Source: Phyllobates terribilis (lineage: Eukaryota). Taken from it: a stretch of DNA of 64,000 nucleotides. A model generated the notes under the pieces. The model did not search any database, was not told where the DNA came from, and saw nothing but the letters and a program-made list of their open reading frames with translations. Made by a program: the position numbers and the translations under genes. Positions 27,234 to 40,030 of the stretch are shown piece after piece. Location of the stretch: NCBI RefSeq assembly GCF_046119375.1, contig NW_027362769.1, positions 360,902,001 through 360,966,000 on the forward strand, read 5' to 3'. Each line of letters begins with the position of its first letter. Within the stretch, counting starts at the first letter, position 1.

Positions 27234-30200
27234 TTATTCAATCAAACCCAACTTTTTTATTAGTCTCTCGTGTTTATCAGCATTCAACGCCTTCGTGAAG
27301 ATGTCTGCTGTCATTTCTTCAGTAGGACAATACTCTAACTTCAAGACTCCTTGTTCCTGATGATCTCTCAAGAAATGATATTTCACATCAATATGCTTGG
27401 TTCTTGGATTGACTCTTTCCATCTGAGCAAGAACAAGACATCCTTGATTGTCCTCTTTCAGTTTTGTTGGTTCCAACTGTGGTTGTCCTAATTCTGTCAA
27501 CAATTGTCTTAACCACAGTACTTTTTGACTCGCATGTGCTGCGGCAACATATTCTGCTTCTGTTGAAGACAGTGTCACAATTGACTGTTTCTTACTTGTC
27601 CAACTTATTGGTCCACCTGAGAGAAAAAAAATAAGTCCACTGATAGATTTTCTGTCAGTTGAATCTCCAGTCCAATCTGCATCAACATATCCTGTTAAAA
27701 TGCAATTACCACTTGTAGGTAATTTCAGCTTAACATTGCTAGTTCCTTTCAAATAACGCATTACTCTCTTCACGGCATTCCAATCAGCTTTATTTGGTTT
27801 TGATACCTTTCTACTCAGGATTCCTACTGCTGCTGCGATGTCTGGTCTTGTAACGGTCGCTAGATACAGTAGTTTTCCTATTGCTGTTCTATATTCTTCA
27901 TTATTTGGTAGAATATTTTTTTCACTGTTCATCCCTTTGAGATAATTAGTTTCCATTGGAGACTTTACTGTTTTTGCATCCTTTAATCCAAATTTTTCTG
28001 TTATGTCTTGAATCATGTGATTTTGATTCAGTAGGAAACTTCCGTCTTCTTCTCTTTCTACCTGTATTCCTAGGTACTGTTTCACATTTCCCAAGTCTTT
28101 GATTTCGAAATGTTGCATCAGGATTTTTAGAATGATTTCTTTATCCCTTTCTTGTTTAAAACAAATCAAAATGTCGTCTACATATATGAGTATATAAATC
28201 CATCTATTAATCAGCCTTTTTGTGTACAAGCATGGATCAGCTTTGCTTCTTTGAAATTTTTCATTTGTAAGTACTTTCGTGATTTTGTCATTCCACGCTT
28301 AAGCAGCTTGCTTTAAACCATATATGCTTTTCTGTAGTTTGCAAACTTTGTTTGGATTTCTTTCATCTTTGAATCCTGGAGGTTGTTCCATGTAATTGTC
28401 TTCTGTTAAATCTCCATTCAAAAAAGCTGTCTTTACATCCAGATGTCTCAGTTCCATCTGTTTCAATGCTGCAACTGTAAGTAAAGTTCTTATTGTAGTG
28501 TGTTTGACAACTGGAGCAAATGTCTCATCATAGTCTTCTCCATATTTTTGAGAATACCAATAGCTACGAGTCTTGCTCGGTCTCTTTCAGCTGTGCCATC
28601 TGTTTGGTATTTTACTTTAAAAATCCATTTACATCCTATGGCTTTTCTTCCTTCTGGCAAATCTGTTAGTGTCCATGTATTTGAATCATGCATGGATTTA
28701 ATTTCTGTTTCTGTTGCTTCTATCCATTTATTAGCTTCTTCTTCAGGAAGTTTAGATATGTCTTCCCAAGAGGTAGGCTCATAGATTTTTCTTATGCTTG
28801 TCTTGTATGAGAGACGTTTTGGTGGTTTTCCTTTGTTCTCTCTCATTGAACATCTTGGTTCTGTGTCTGTTTGTAGTTGTGATTCTTCACTTTTAGTATT
28901 TTGTTCTTCATTGATTTCTACTTCTTTCTCATCAGATATTTCTTCAGTTATGTCAATATTGTTTATCTCATTTTTTGTTTCAGCTGAAATCATAATGTCT
29001 TCATTTAAATCTTCAATGAATGTCACACTGTTACTCACCGTAACTCTGTCTGTTTTGGGATCTAGGATTCTATATACTTTGCAATTTTCACTATATCCAA
29101 CGAATATTCCTTCCATGGATCTGTTTTGAAGTTTGGAACCGTTTTTCTGTTGGAATGAAAATAAAAACTTTACATCCAAAAACTTTTAAATGATTGACAC
29201 TTGGTTTCATACCTTGCCACAGTTCATATGGAGTTTTCGTCAGTTTTCTGGAAAAAAGTCGGTTCTGTAGATATGTAGCTGTCATTGCTGAATCACCCCA
29301 ATATTCCTCTGGTAGTTTGGAATCCGTCAGCATACATCTTATCATTTCTGTTAGAGTTCTGTTTTTCCGTTCTGCTACTCCATTTTGTTCAGGTGTGTAT
29401 GTAACAGTTTTCTGGTGTTTTATTTCATTTTGTCTTAAGTAGTCTTCTATTCTGTGACCTGTAAATTCACCTCCATTATCACTTCTGATGACAATTGGCT
29501 TCCTTTGAAATTTGTTACTTGATCTTGTTACATAGTCTACAAGTTTATCAAAAACTTCACTTTTGTTTTTAATTAAGTATGTGACTGTGTATCTTGAGTA
29601 GTCGTCTATAAAAGTCAACATGTATCTATTGCCTCCTGATGTAGTCACTTTCATGGGTCCACATACGTCAGTATGCACCAAATCAAGTGGTCTTTCGCTT
29701 TTCATCTCACTTTCTTTTGGAATAGATATCCTTGTGGCTTTGGATTTTATACAACATTCACATCTTACGGTAATTGAGCAATCTGATATCTTTAAATCTT
29801 TTGTCAATTCTTTTCTCTGTAGTTCCCTTATACTGTCAGGGTGTCTATGTCCTGTACGTCTGTTCCACATGTGAATACAGTTTTTGTGATCATGTGTACA
29901 TACCTTCATCTGTTCCTTTGGTGTGTCAAAATGATATAATTGTTCATCTGCCTTGACTTTGGTGATCACCTTGTTTCCTGCAATAATTGCACACTAATTG
30001 TCTTTGAATTTTACTGTAAGTCCTTTTGCTGTTTAACCCTTTCACAGATAATCTGCCTTCCAATTTTGGAACATACAACACATCCTGTACAAGTCTCTTT
30101 GAATCTTGTCCGAACTTGTTTGAACAATTTAGCATACCTTCTCCGATACCTTCTGCGGTTATTTTGCTTCCATCTGCAAAATAAATGGCTTCTTTCTTAT

Positions 30201-31092
30201 CTAAATCAAGATCAGTAAAGAAATTCTTGTCACTTGTCATATGACTCGTTGCTCCTGAATCAATAAACCAACCAAGTGATGATTTGTTGTCTGTTACTTT
30301 AAATGTGCCATTCCAATTATTCTCACATGAATCGGAAATTGAGTTTTTAACTTTCTGTGTATGCTTTTTATGTTGTTATTTTTGTTGTTCTGCTTTCCAT
30401 ATAGTACAGTCTTTCTTTAAATGACTTTTTTTCTTGGATCTGAAGCATTCTCTTGTCTCTTTATTATAGTGATTTTTAAATTCTGTAGCTTTAAGAGCAT
30501 TTTCACTGTCCTTTCAGTAGAAGAATCATTTCTTTGTTCTTTTCTTCTCTGATATTCATCTATTTGTCTTGTTTTCACAAAATCTAATGTAATGTCAGTT
30601 TCTGGTCTCGTCTCGAGGGCATTTATCAAGGCTGTATACAAATCTGGTAAACTGCACAATAATATAGCTGCCACATGACTTTCTCTAATATCTTCACCAA
30701 TAGATCTTAGCTGTGATATCACTTCCATCATTGAGAATATGTGTTTCTGCATGTCGTCATTTGCACTCAATCTCATACTGTAAAGCTTTCTTAATAAAAA
30801 TAAGTTGTGATTCAAGCTAGGTCTTTCATACAGTTTTCTTAATACTTCCTTTTGCTGTTTCTTCATTTCTTATATGTATTAATTGAGCATCATCCACTAA
30901 TAAGCTAATGGTGGCTCTCGCTTGTCTATTCTTCTTATCCCATGTCTAATTATCTTGATCTGGTCTTTCTGTAACAATTATTTCCCATAAATCATCCTTA
31001 GATAACAACATCTCTACTTTGAATTTTCATAACTGATCATTTTCACTATTCAGTTTAGCTACTGTGAATTTCAGTTCTGTGTTACTCATCAT
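27234..31092 (-). pseudogene. pol: Copia gag-PR-INT-RT-RH polyprotein with stops and frameshifts
   Basis: gag KLNSEN.QL*KFK; PR WFIDSGATSHMT; INT HTDVCGP/SDNGGEF/QNGVAER; RT YVDD; RH YVDADW. Integrase precedes RT, the Copia order. Confidence 0.93.
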
Positions 31093-31335
31093 CTTTATAT
31101 AGTCTTACTTGTTTAGAGAGTTGTACTGAAGAAATTCTCCTGTTTTTTCTTGCTGATAGTTCCTGTATGTCCTGCCTGTGTTGAATTCTCTGTAATTATA
31201 TCCAGCTCCTGGGATCATGAATTTCTCTGTCACTCTGTATCTGGATTTATTTTCTTCTGTTTACAGAGCTTATCTGTGTGCTCCGCTATCTGGGGTTATA
31301 AACCAGGATCCTCTTGTAGTGCGGGCCTGTAGTGT

Positions 31336-31349
31336 CTGGGCCCATAACC
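31336..31349 (-). promoter_or_regulatory. Copia PBS complementary to the tRNA-iMet anticodon arm
   Basis: GGTTATGGGCCCAG directly after the 5' LTR. It complements the internal tRNA-iMet segment CTGGGCCCATAACC. Confidence 0.85.
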
Positions 31350-31371
31350 TGTCGCTGAGTGCATCTTCTTA

Positions 31372-31996
31372 AGGCCCCGTCACACTTAGCGACGCTGCAA
31401 CGATTCCGACAACGATACGACCTGTCAGGGATCGTTGCTGCGTCGTTATGTGGTCGCTGGTGAGCTGTCAAACAGGCAGGCTCACCAACAATCAGGGGAG
31501 CAGCGACATCGTGGAAAGGATCTTTCCACGATGTCCTGCTCCTGGTTACCAGCCTGCTGAAGCAGGAGCAGGCTGGTAACTATGGTAAACATCGGGTTAC
31601 TAGGGGCACACGCGCTCCTAGTAACCCATTGTTTATCATGGTTAAGAGTCTGCTAAAGTGAGCGGTAACCTCCCGCTCACTGTAGCAGAGTGGAAACCAT
31701 GATAAACAACGGGTTACTAGGTGCGCATGTGCCCCTAGTAACCCGATGTTTACCATAGTTACCAGCCTGATCGCTGCTCCTGCTGGTCACACACAGCGAT
31801 GTGTGCTGACCAGCGGGAGAGCAACGACCAAAAAATGGTCCAGGACACTTTGCAGCGATCAGCGACCTCACAGCAGGAGCCTAATCGCTGCAAAGTGTCA
31901 CACATAGCGACATCACTGGTGAGGTCGCTGTTGCGTCACCAAAACTGTGACACAGCAGGGATCTCGCTAGCGATCTCGCTATGTGAGACGGGGGCT
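31372..31996. mobile_element. PIF/Harbinger-type MITE in the Copia 5' LTR
   Basis: TTA duplicated (31369-71, 31997-99). TIRs AGGCCCCGTCACAC / GTGAGACGGGGGCT. Palindromic interior. The empty site is visible in the 3' LTR. Confidence 0.85.
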
Positions 31997-33148
31997 TTAC
32001 AGTCACCACTGTACTTGCGAGAGCTTCAATCAGCAAGATATCTTGAGTAAACAGTATTTACTTCATACTGGTTAAACATGAGATACAATTCAGTGTCACT
32101 CAGTCCGTTTGCTGCTGACATAACACATTCAGAAAAAAAGAAAAAAAACACAGGAAGTAAAAACAACCAACAATTGAGAACTTTCCTCCACTCTTTACAG
32201 CAAGCATATAACTTTACACACTATCACCATTAGAGATGAGCGTTGTTCTACTCGAACTGTTCGCCAATCTCAAATTCGAGCTGTTTTGGGCGGTGTTCGA
32301 GCCGGTCGGCGAACACGAACAATTTGAGAAAAATTCGGCTGTTCGAGGTTATGTTTGATAACTGTTCGTGCACCAAAATCATAACTGGATTTTTTCTCAG
32401 TAATGATGAAAATTAATGTTAATACGCAGTTTGAGTGTACAGCGGGGCGGGGGGAGGGGCAGGGGATGGATCTCTGCAGGAACAATGAAGATCTCCATTT
32501 TTTTTTCTCTTTCCCGCATTTGCAGTGGGGAGGTGCAATCTGTCAGCCTATCAGCAGCGCACACACGGAGCGAAGTGCTTTTTTTCACACAAGCAAGGGC
32601 ATGTGTCATTGGCAGTGTATGTCACATGTCCTTGCCCTATAAGACCAAGCCATTTTCCCCGTCGCCACCATTTTCTCACTGCTGCAGCTGCGAGTTAGAC
32701 GGCACCGCTGTTGCTGTGTGTGCTATACCTTGTTAATTTCAAGCCAATTTTCGCACAAATATACAGATAGCTTGGGAGTAGGGAATAGTTGTGATTGCAG
32801 TCCTTTTAAGGACTAGGTTACAGCATTTCCTACGACTTTTATCAGGGAGGTCTGTGCTCTTAAATAGATAGGTTGTGGGAGTAAAGACTAATTGTAATTG
32901 GAGTCCTTTTCAGGACTAGGTTACATGAGTTCCTATCAGTTTTTGCCAGGCAGGTCTGTGCCAGTGCTGTGCAAGTTTTTTTCACAGCATTTGGCTGAAT
33001 CTAGCAAAGCTAATCCTTTTTGGCCTATTGCAGAGTGTGTTAGTCAGTGGAGTAGCCTATCTGTGTTGCAAGATATAACACCTGTGTATAGAATACCAAT
33101 TTTTTTACTGCACCTAGTGAAGTAAAATCTTTTGGGCATAGCATCATT

Positions 33149-34532
33149 CTATTAGTCCATCTATACTGACCTCCATCAGGTTGCAAACTGAATATAATTT
33201 TTTTCTGCATCTAGCTCTGAAAAAATATTTGGGCTTCTAGCGGTGTGTGGGACTTGGTCTATTAGTCCATCTATACTGACCTCCATCAGGTTGCAAATTA
33301 AAAATAATTTTTTTCTGCATCTACCTCTGAAAAAATATTTGGGCTTCTAGCAGTGTGTGGGACTTGGTCTATTAGTCCATCTATACTGACCTCCATCAGG
33401 TTGCAAATTAAAAATAATTTTTTTCTGCATCTAGCTCTGAAAAAATATTTGGGCTTCTAGTGGTGTGTGGGACTTGGTCTATTAGTCCATCTATACTGAC
33501 CTCCATCAGGTTGCAAATTAAAAATAATTTTTTTCTGCATCTAGCTCTGAAAAAATATTTGGGCTTCTAGCAGTGTGTGGGACTTGGTCTATTAGTCCAT
33601 CTATACTGACCTCCATCAGGTTGCAAATTAAAAATAATTTTTTTCTGCATCTAGCTCTGAAAAAATATTTGGGCTTCTAGCAGTGTGTGGGACTTGGTCT
33701 ATTAGTCCATCTATACTGACCTCCATCAGGTTGCAAATTAAAAATAATTTTTTTCTGCATCTAGCTCTGAAAAAATATTTGGGCTTCTAGCAGTGTGTGG
33801 GACTTGGTCTATTAGTCCATCTATACTGACCTCCATCAGGTTGCAAATTAAAAATAATTTTTTTCTGCATCTAGCTCTGAAAAAATATTTGGGCTTCTAG
33901 CAGTGTGTGGGACTTGGTCTATTAGTCCATCTATACTGACCTCCATCAGGTTGCAAATTAAAAATAATTTTTTTCTGCATCTAGCTCTGAAAAAATATTT
34001 GGGCTTCTAGCGGTGTGTGGGACTTGGTCTATTAGTCCATCTATACTGACCTCCATCAGGTTGCAAATTAAAAATAATTTTTTTCTGCATCTAGCTCTGA
34101 AAAAATATTTGGGCTTCTAGCAGTGTGTGGGACTTGGTCTATTAGTCCATCTATACTGACCTACATCAGGTTGCAAATTAAAAATAATTTTTTTCTGCAT
34201 CTAGCTCTGAAAAAATATTTGGGCTTCTAGCGGTGTGTGGGACTTGGTCTATTAGTCCATCTATACTGACCTCCATCAGGTTGCAAATTAAAAATAATTT
34301 TTTTCTGCATCTAGCTCTGAAAAAATATTTGGGCTTCTAGCAGTGTGTGGGACTTGGTCTATTAGTCCATCTATACTGACCTACATCAGGTTGCAAATTA
34401 AAAATAATTTTTTTCTGCATCTAGCTCTGAAAAAATATTTGGGCTTCTAGCGGTGTGTGGGACTTGGTCTATTAGTCCATCTATACTGACCTCCATCAGG
34501 TTGCAAATTAAAAATAATTTTTTTCTGCATCT
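33149..34532. repeat. 110-bp tandem array, about 12.6 near-identical copies, inside the hAT
   Basis: CTATTAGTCCAT recurs every 110 bp from 33149 to 34469. Confidence 0.97.
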
Positions 34533-34649
34533 AACCCAGCCAATAGTTTTGGCCTAATACCACAGTTTGGCCACTCAGCTCTGCTCGGTTACCATCCATT
34601 GTTTTTTTGTGCAAACAACTCCAGAGTTGTGAATTAGTTAACCACCAAA

Positions 34650-37600
34650 ATGAGTGGAAAAAGGCCTGCTGCTGGTGGAAAGGGGAATAGGCGTGTTGGG
34701 AAGGGGAAAAAAGGTTGTGTCCGTGGGGTAGGTGCAGAAGAAAGACCATCTTCCAGCCAAACTAAAATGTCTACTTCTTTTTGCGGACAATGTGATAAGA
34801 TCCCTTTCTTACGGCCACGCCAATCGCTACAAATTCCAGATGAGGCACAAAAACAGCAGGTGCTTCAACGGATATCAAGTGCTCCTTTAAGTGGGCTCTC
34901 CTCCACATCAACTTCAACATCACAAATACTCCAGTCCTCAAAGGTGTCACCCAAATCGCACTTGCTTCCTCACAGCTCCCAAATCTCCAGCTGCCCGTCT
35001 GAGTGTGAGGTAGAACAGATGGTTGAGTCTGCAGAGCTGTTTACTCATACTATAGCCTGGGAATCAGAGGTCGACTCCAGCGCTTCTGTGAATCCAGACG
35101 AGGAAATGATCTGCACTGATGCCCAGAATCTTTATGAGTCGGATCCAGGACCAGACGCAGAAGGTTCTGACCATAATGTAGACCCTCATTCCCAAACTGT
35201 AACTCCTGTTGGTGGAGACAATGAGGAAGACGATGATAAGACTCAAATACCTGATTGGAGCGACAACTTTAGTTTTTTGTCAGGGCAGGAACAGGTTGGC
35301 TCTGAGGACGACGGGTGTGATAACGCACAGGGTGATGATGATGAGGTCGGAGATCCCACTTACTGTCAACCCACAGTCAGCCAAGAGATGAGGTCAGCAG
35401 AGGAGGTGGAGGAAGATGCTAGTGACGACGAGGTCAGGTTGCGCCTTCCTGGACAGAGACGTAGTACTGGAAGCACGTCAACAACTGCATCCTCAAACAC
35501 AACTCTGCCTCTCACCACAAGTCGTGGTGGCTCTTCAGGTCGCATGGGTGCTAAGCCTTGCATAGCCTGGGCATTTTTTCAGATCGATAAAGATGACCCA
35601 ACTCGTGTTATCTGTAACATTTGTCAGCAAAAGCTAAGTAGAGGCCAAAAAATACATAGTTTGAGTACTTCATGCATGAACCGGCACATGGACATGAAGC
35701 ATAAGTTGCAGTGGGAAGCTCAGTGTGCTACAATGCGGCCTAGCCGGCCGGGCCAATCACCGTCTGCCATATCTTGTGCATCCGTGGCCTCTTCATCCTC
35801 TGTGACTGGGGGGACAGCAGTCACACCTGTTTTGGGGCGCAGACCTGCCACCTCTTTACCCGCAACAGCCAGCGTGATTGGCAGGTCATCATTTTCTTTG
35901 GAGGTGGTAACACCAGCTGGTGTTGAGCGCTGTCCGACATCGATAGCACCACCTTTGGATCAAGGCAACCTAACATGTCCGCCTGCATCTGCCTCACAGA
36001 CCGGCAGTTTGCCGGGGACACCCTTATCAACCCCGTCTAAGCACAATAGCCAGCCCTCGGTCCCTCAGATGTGGACAAGTAAAAGACCATTTCCTCCTAG
36101 CCATGAGAAAGCTAAGAGGTTGAATTTCACCATCTGCAAGCTCTTGGCTACAGAAATGCTGCCTTTCCGCCTGGTGGACACAGAGGATTTTCGAGACCTT
36201 ATGTCCGTCGCAGTGCCCCAGTACCAGATGCCCAGTCGGCACTACTTCTCAAAGAAAGGTGTGCCTGCGCTCCACCAGCATGTCGCACACAACATCACCG
36301 CTTCTTTGAGAAACTCTGTGTGTGACAGGGTGCATTTCACCACAGACACTTGGACGAGTAGGCATGGACAGGGGCGTTACATGTCGCTGACTGGGCACTG
36401 GGTAACTATGGTGACAGCAGGACAAGGGGCTGCTGTCCAAGTCTTGCCGTCCCCACTAGTTGTGCGTCAATCCTCTTTATGTCAAAGTTCCTCCACTGCT
36501 TCTGCCTCCTCAACCTCCTCTCGGTCTTCCACCTGCACCCAAAGCCTGTCTGGTCATGCCACAAGCTTTCTAACTGCGCAGAAGGGATCCTGCACACCTC
36601 CTTACTATGCTGGCAGTAGGGCTCAACGTCATCAGGCGGTTTTTACATTGAAATGTCTGGGAAATGTGAGTCACACAGCTGAGGAGTTGTGGTCAGCTCT
36701 GGAGAACCAATTTCATGAATGGTTGTCTCCACTGGACCTGAAACCAGGGAAGGCCGTGTGCGACAATGCTGCAAACCTGGGTGCGGCCCTTCGCCGGGGC
36801 AATGTCACACACGTGCCTTGTATGGCTCACGTCTTGAACCTGGTTGTCCAGCAATTTTTAGCCCACTATCCCAGACTAGATGGCCTTCTGCAGAGGGCAC
36901 GGTCGCTGTGTGCTCACTTCCGCCGTTCGCATCCCGCAGCTCAGCGACTTACATCTCTACAGAAGTCGTTGGGCCTGCCACTTCACCGGCTAAAATGCGA
37001 TGTGCCTACCCGGTGGAATTCAACTCTGCACATGTTGCAGCGACTGTGGCAGCACCGACAAGCCCTGGTGCAATACGTTCTGACGTATAGCCTGGGCCAA
37101 CGAGATTCAGAGGTGGGGCAAATCACGCTGGAGGAGTGGTCTCAGATCAGGGACCTATGCACCCTTCTGCACAGTTTTGAAATGGCGACGAAGATGTTTA
37201 GTGCTGACGATGCCATTATCAGCATGACTATTCCGGTGATTTACATGCTGGAGCACATGTTAAACAGAATTCGGAGTCAGGTGGTGGCACAAGAGGAGGT
37301 GGAGGAAGTAGAGGAGGAGGAGTTGTATGCGGAAGGGCTAACATCTGCAAGGTCCAGACGGTCGGCAGCACCAAGGCGGCAGGCATGTGAGGGTGGGGGA
37401 GATGGTTTTACCAGGGCGCATGGTAGCAGCCAAACTAGTGAGGAAGGTGCAGGAGCCCAGGAAGAAGTGGAGGACGAACTGATGGAAGACTCATCAGATG
37501 AGGGAGACCTTGATCACATTTCTGTTGTGCGAGGTTGGGGGGAGAGGACAGAGGAAGGAAGCATGATTGTTACCTCGCCACCAACACAACAGGGACTTGG

Positions 37601-38330
37601 TGCTCCTGGATGCGCAACACACATGAGTGCCTTCTTGCTGCACTACCTGCAACATGACCCTCGAATTGTGAGAATTAGAAATAATCCTGACTACTGGGTT
37701 GCCACACTGTTAGATCCCCGGTACAAAAGTAAATTTGCAGAAATTATTCCTGCCATAGAAAGGGATGCACGCATGCAGGAGTATCAGCAGAGACTGTTGC
37801 AGAATCTTACATGTGCTTTTCCACAAAATACCAGTGGTGCACGTAGTGAATCTCACAGTTCCAACTTGCCAACCGTGGGACCGTCAAGTGTTCAGCACTC
37901 AAACCGTAACAGAACCACAGTATCTGCTGGTAACATCAATTTTGCGGAATCATTTCACCACTTTTTTAGCCCATCCTTTGCAAGGCCACAGGAGACAAGA
38001 AGTCTGACACATAGTCAACGCCTAGAGACGATGGTACAGGAGTATCTCCAAGTAAACATTGAAGCCACGACTGTGTCACTGGACCCTTGCTCTTTTTGGG
38101 CTTCCAATCTGGATAAATGGCCGGAGCTAGCCACTTACGCCTTGGAGATCTTGTCATGCCCCGCAGCCAGCGTTCTGTCTGAACGTGTGTTCAGCGCTGC
38201 TGGTGGTGTGCTGACAGATAAGCGCACGCGGCTCTCCACTGATAATGTAGACAGACTCACGTTCATAAAGATGAACAAATCATGGATCCGAAACGACTTT
38301 TCTACCCCTGTGTCATCCTGGGGAGAGTAA
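34650..38330 (+). CDS. hAT transposase, intact single ORF of 1226 aa (BED finger, DDE, hATC dimerisation domain)
   Basis: AW.FF..C.IC...H.DMKH BED finger; FTTDTWTS; VCDNAAN; CMAHVLNL; CDVPTRWNST; LSCPAASVLSERVFS. Confidence 0.96.
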   Translation: MSGKRPAAGGKGNRRVGKGKKGCVRGVGAEERPSSSQTKMSTSFCGQCDKIPFLRPRQSLQIPDEAQKQQVLQRISSAPLSGLSSTSTSTSQILQSSKVSPKSHLLPHSSQISSCPSECEVEQMVESAELFTHTIAWESEVDSSASVNPDEEMICTDAQNLYESDPGPDAEGSDHNVDPHSQTVTPVGGDNEEDDDKTQIPDWSDNFSFLSGQEQVGSEDDGCDNAQGDDDEVGDPTYCQPTVSQEMRSAEEVEEDASDDEVRLRLPGQRRSTGSTSTTASSNTTLPLTTSRGGSSGRMGAKPCIAWAFFQIDKDDPTRVICNICQQKLSRGQKIHSLSTSCMNRHMDMKHKLQWEAQCATMRPSRPGQSPSAISCASVASSSSVTGGTAVTPVLGRRPATSLPATASVIGRSSFSLEVVTPAGVERCPTSIAPPLDQGNLTCPPASASQTGSLPGTPLSTPSKHNSQPSVPQMWTSKRPFPPSHEKAKRLNFTICKLLATEMLPFRLVDTEDFRDLMSVAVPQYQMPSRHYFSKKGVPALHQHVAHNITASLRNSVCDRVHFTTDTWTSRHGQGRYMSLTGHWVTMVTAGQGAAVQVLPSPLVVRQSSLCQSSSTASASSTSSRSSTCTQSLSGHATSFLTAQKGSCTPPYYAGSRAQRHQAVFTLKCLGNVSHTAEELWSALENQFHEWLSPLDLKPGKAVCDNAANLGAALRRGNVTHVPCMAHVLNLVVQQFLAHYPRLDGLLQRARSLCAHFRRSHPAAQRLTSLQKSLGLPLHRLKCDVPTRWNSTLHMLQRLWQHRQALVQYVLTYSLGQRDSEVGQITLEEWSQIRDLCTLLHSFEMATKMFSADDAIISMTIPVIYMLEHMLNRIRSQVVAQEEVEEVEEEELYAEGLTSARSRRSAAPRRQACEGGGDGFTRAHGSSQTSEEGAGAQEEVEDELMEDSSDEGDLDHISVVRGWGERTEEGSMIVTSPPTQQGLGAPGCATHMSAFLLHYLQHDPRIVRIRNNPDYWVATLLDPRYKSKFAEIIPAIERDARMQEYQQRLLQNLTCAFPQNTSGARSESHSSNLPTVGPSSVQHSNRNRTTVSAGNINFAESFHHFFSPSFARPQETRSLTHSQRLETMVQEYLQVNIEATTVSLDPCSFWASNLDKWPELATYALEILSCPAASVLSERVFSAAGGVLTDKRTRLSTDNVDRLTFIKMNKSWIRNDFSTPVSSWGE

Positions 38331-38655
38331 AAGCTTGATGATTGGTTAAAATCACCCTACCAACCGTTTTAAGCTTTCAAATTACTAATCATGTTTATCT
38401 GTATCTTGACTGGAAAATAATTTGGGCTTTGTAGCAGTGTGCAGCACTGATCCTATTAGGCCATCTATACTAAAGCTTCACCAGATTTAAAATTAAAAAT
38501 AATTTTTAGCTGCATCTAGCCCGGAAAATAATTTTGGGGCTCCGAGATGCGCAAGGCACATAAGTGCCTTCTTGCTGCACTACCTGCAGCATGACCCTCA
38601 TATTGTCAGAATTCGAAGTAATCATGACTACTGGGTTGCCACACTCTTAGATCCC

Positions 38656-40030
38656 CCAAACTTTTCGATCAACCTTTTCATTTTAATAAAGACCAAAAAA
38701 ATGGTCATTTTTGAAATTATAAGCATTAGCAGGTTGTTAGAAACTGAAATCAAACAGTTTTCAACTCAAAACTTTATTCTAGGTGATGTTACATTTTCAC
38801 ATAGGACCCCTTGTTCGAAAGGAGCTTCTGAACTCTCTCGTCCATTGAATTTGTCAGGTTTTGGATGGTTTCTGCTTCAATTGTTTTGCATGAGGACAGA
38901 ATACCCTCCCAGAGCTGTTGCTTAGATGTGAACTGCCTCCCGCCATCATAGACACTCCTTTTAATGATGCTCCAAAGGTTCTGAATGGGGTAGAGGTCAG
39001 GGGAGCATGGGGGTCACACCATAAGTTTGTCCCCTTTTATGCCCATATCAGCCAGAGATGCAGATGTTTTATGTGCAGCATGAGATGGTGCATTATCATG
39101 CAGAAAAATGATCTTGCTGTGAAATACACGGTTCTTCTTCTTCGACCATGGCAGGAAGTGCTGTTTGAGAAAATCCACATACATTATGGAGTTCATCTTT
39201 AGCGCCTTCAGGGATCCTAAAGGGGCCGACAATCTCTCTCCCCATGATTCCAGCCCAAAACATTACTCCACCTCCTCCTTGTTGGCGCTGTAGCCGTGTT
39301 TGCGTGGGGTGTCCATCAACCAGCCATCCTCCACTCCATCCATCTGGACCATCGAGCGCTGCACGGCACTCATCCGTGAACAAAACAGTTTTGAAATCAG
39401 TCTTCATGTAATGTTTGGCCCACTGGAGCCGTTTCTGCTTGTGTGAAGTGGATAGAGGAGGTCGACAGGATGGCGCATGCACAGCTGCAAACCTCTGAAG
39501 GACCCTGCATCTTGTTGTTCGGGGGACGTTGGAGGCACAAGCAGCTTCAAAAACTTGTCTGCTGCTATGACAAGGCTTTTTTGCCGCTGCTCTTTCAACC
39601 TGACGTAATTGCCTGTAGGAAAGAGTCCTCAATTTGCCATTATCAGCACGCACACGTGTGTACTGTGAATCAGCTACATACTTCTTGATTGCCAGGACAC
39701 TTCATCCTGATCATCGCACAATGTTGATTGTAGTCATGCCTTGACCTAAACACTCCACAATTTGTTGCTTCTCAGCAGCCGACACATCCTTTTTCTTTCC
39801 CATTTTGGCAGAAAATGTAGGCTGCTTAATAATGTGAGAGAGCCTTCTTAAGTAGTCTTGCCTTTCATTGGACACACCTGCCAAACTAATTAGCACAGGT
39901 GTCTGCAATTGCTTACAGTGATATAAAGAGCCCTGACACACATCACCATCAATGAGTTTAACTGACAAACAAACAAATTCTTCCCTTATCACTCCTAAAC
40001 ACTTTTTGTATAATAATTTGGAACGCAGTG
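38656..40030 (-). mobile_element. Tc1-like transposon relic inside the hAT; one TIR lost, transposase frameshifted
   Basis: MGKKKDVS..; VLFTDEC; GGGVMFWAG; FLHDNAPSH; PDLYPIQNLW (catalytic E->Q). The right end is ..GGAACGCAGTG followed by TA. Confidence 0.88.
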
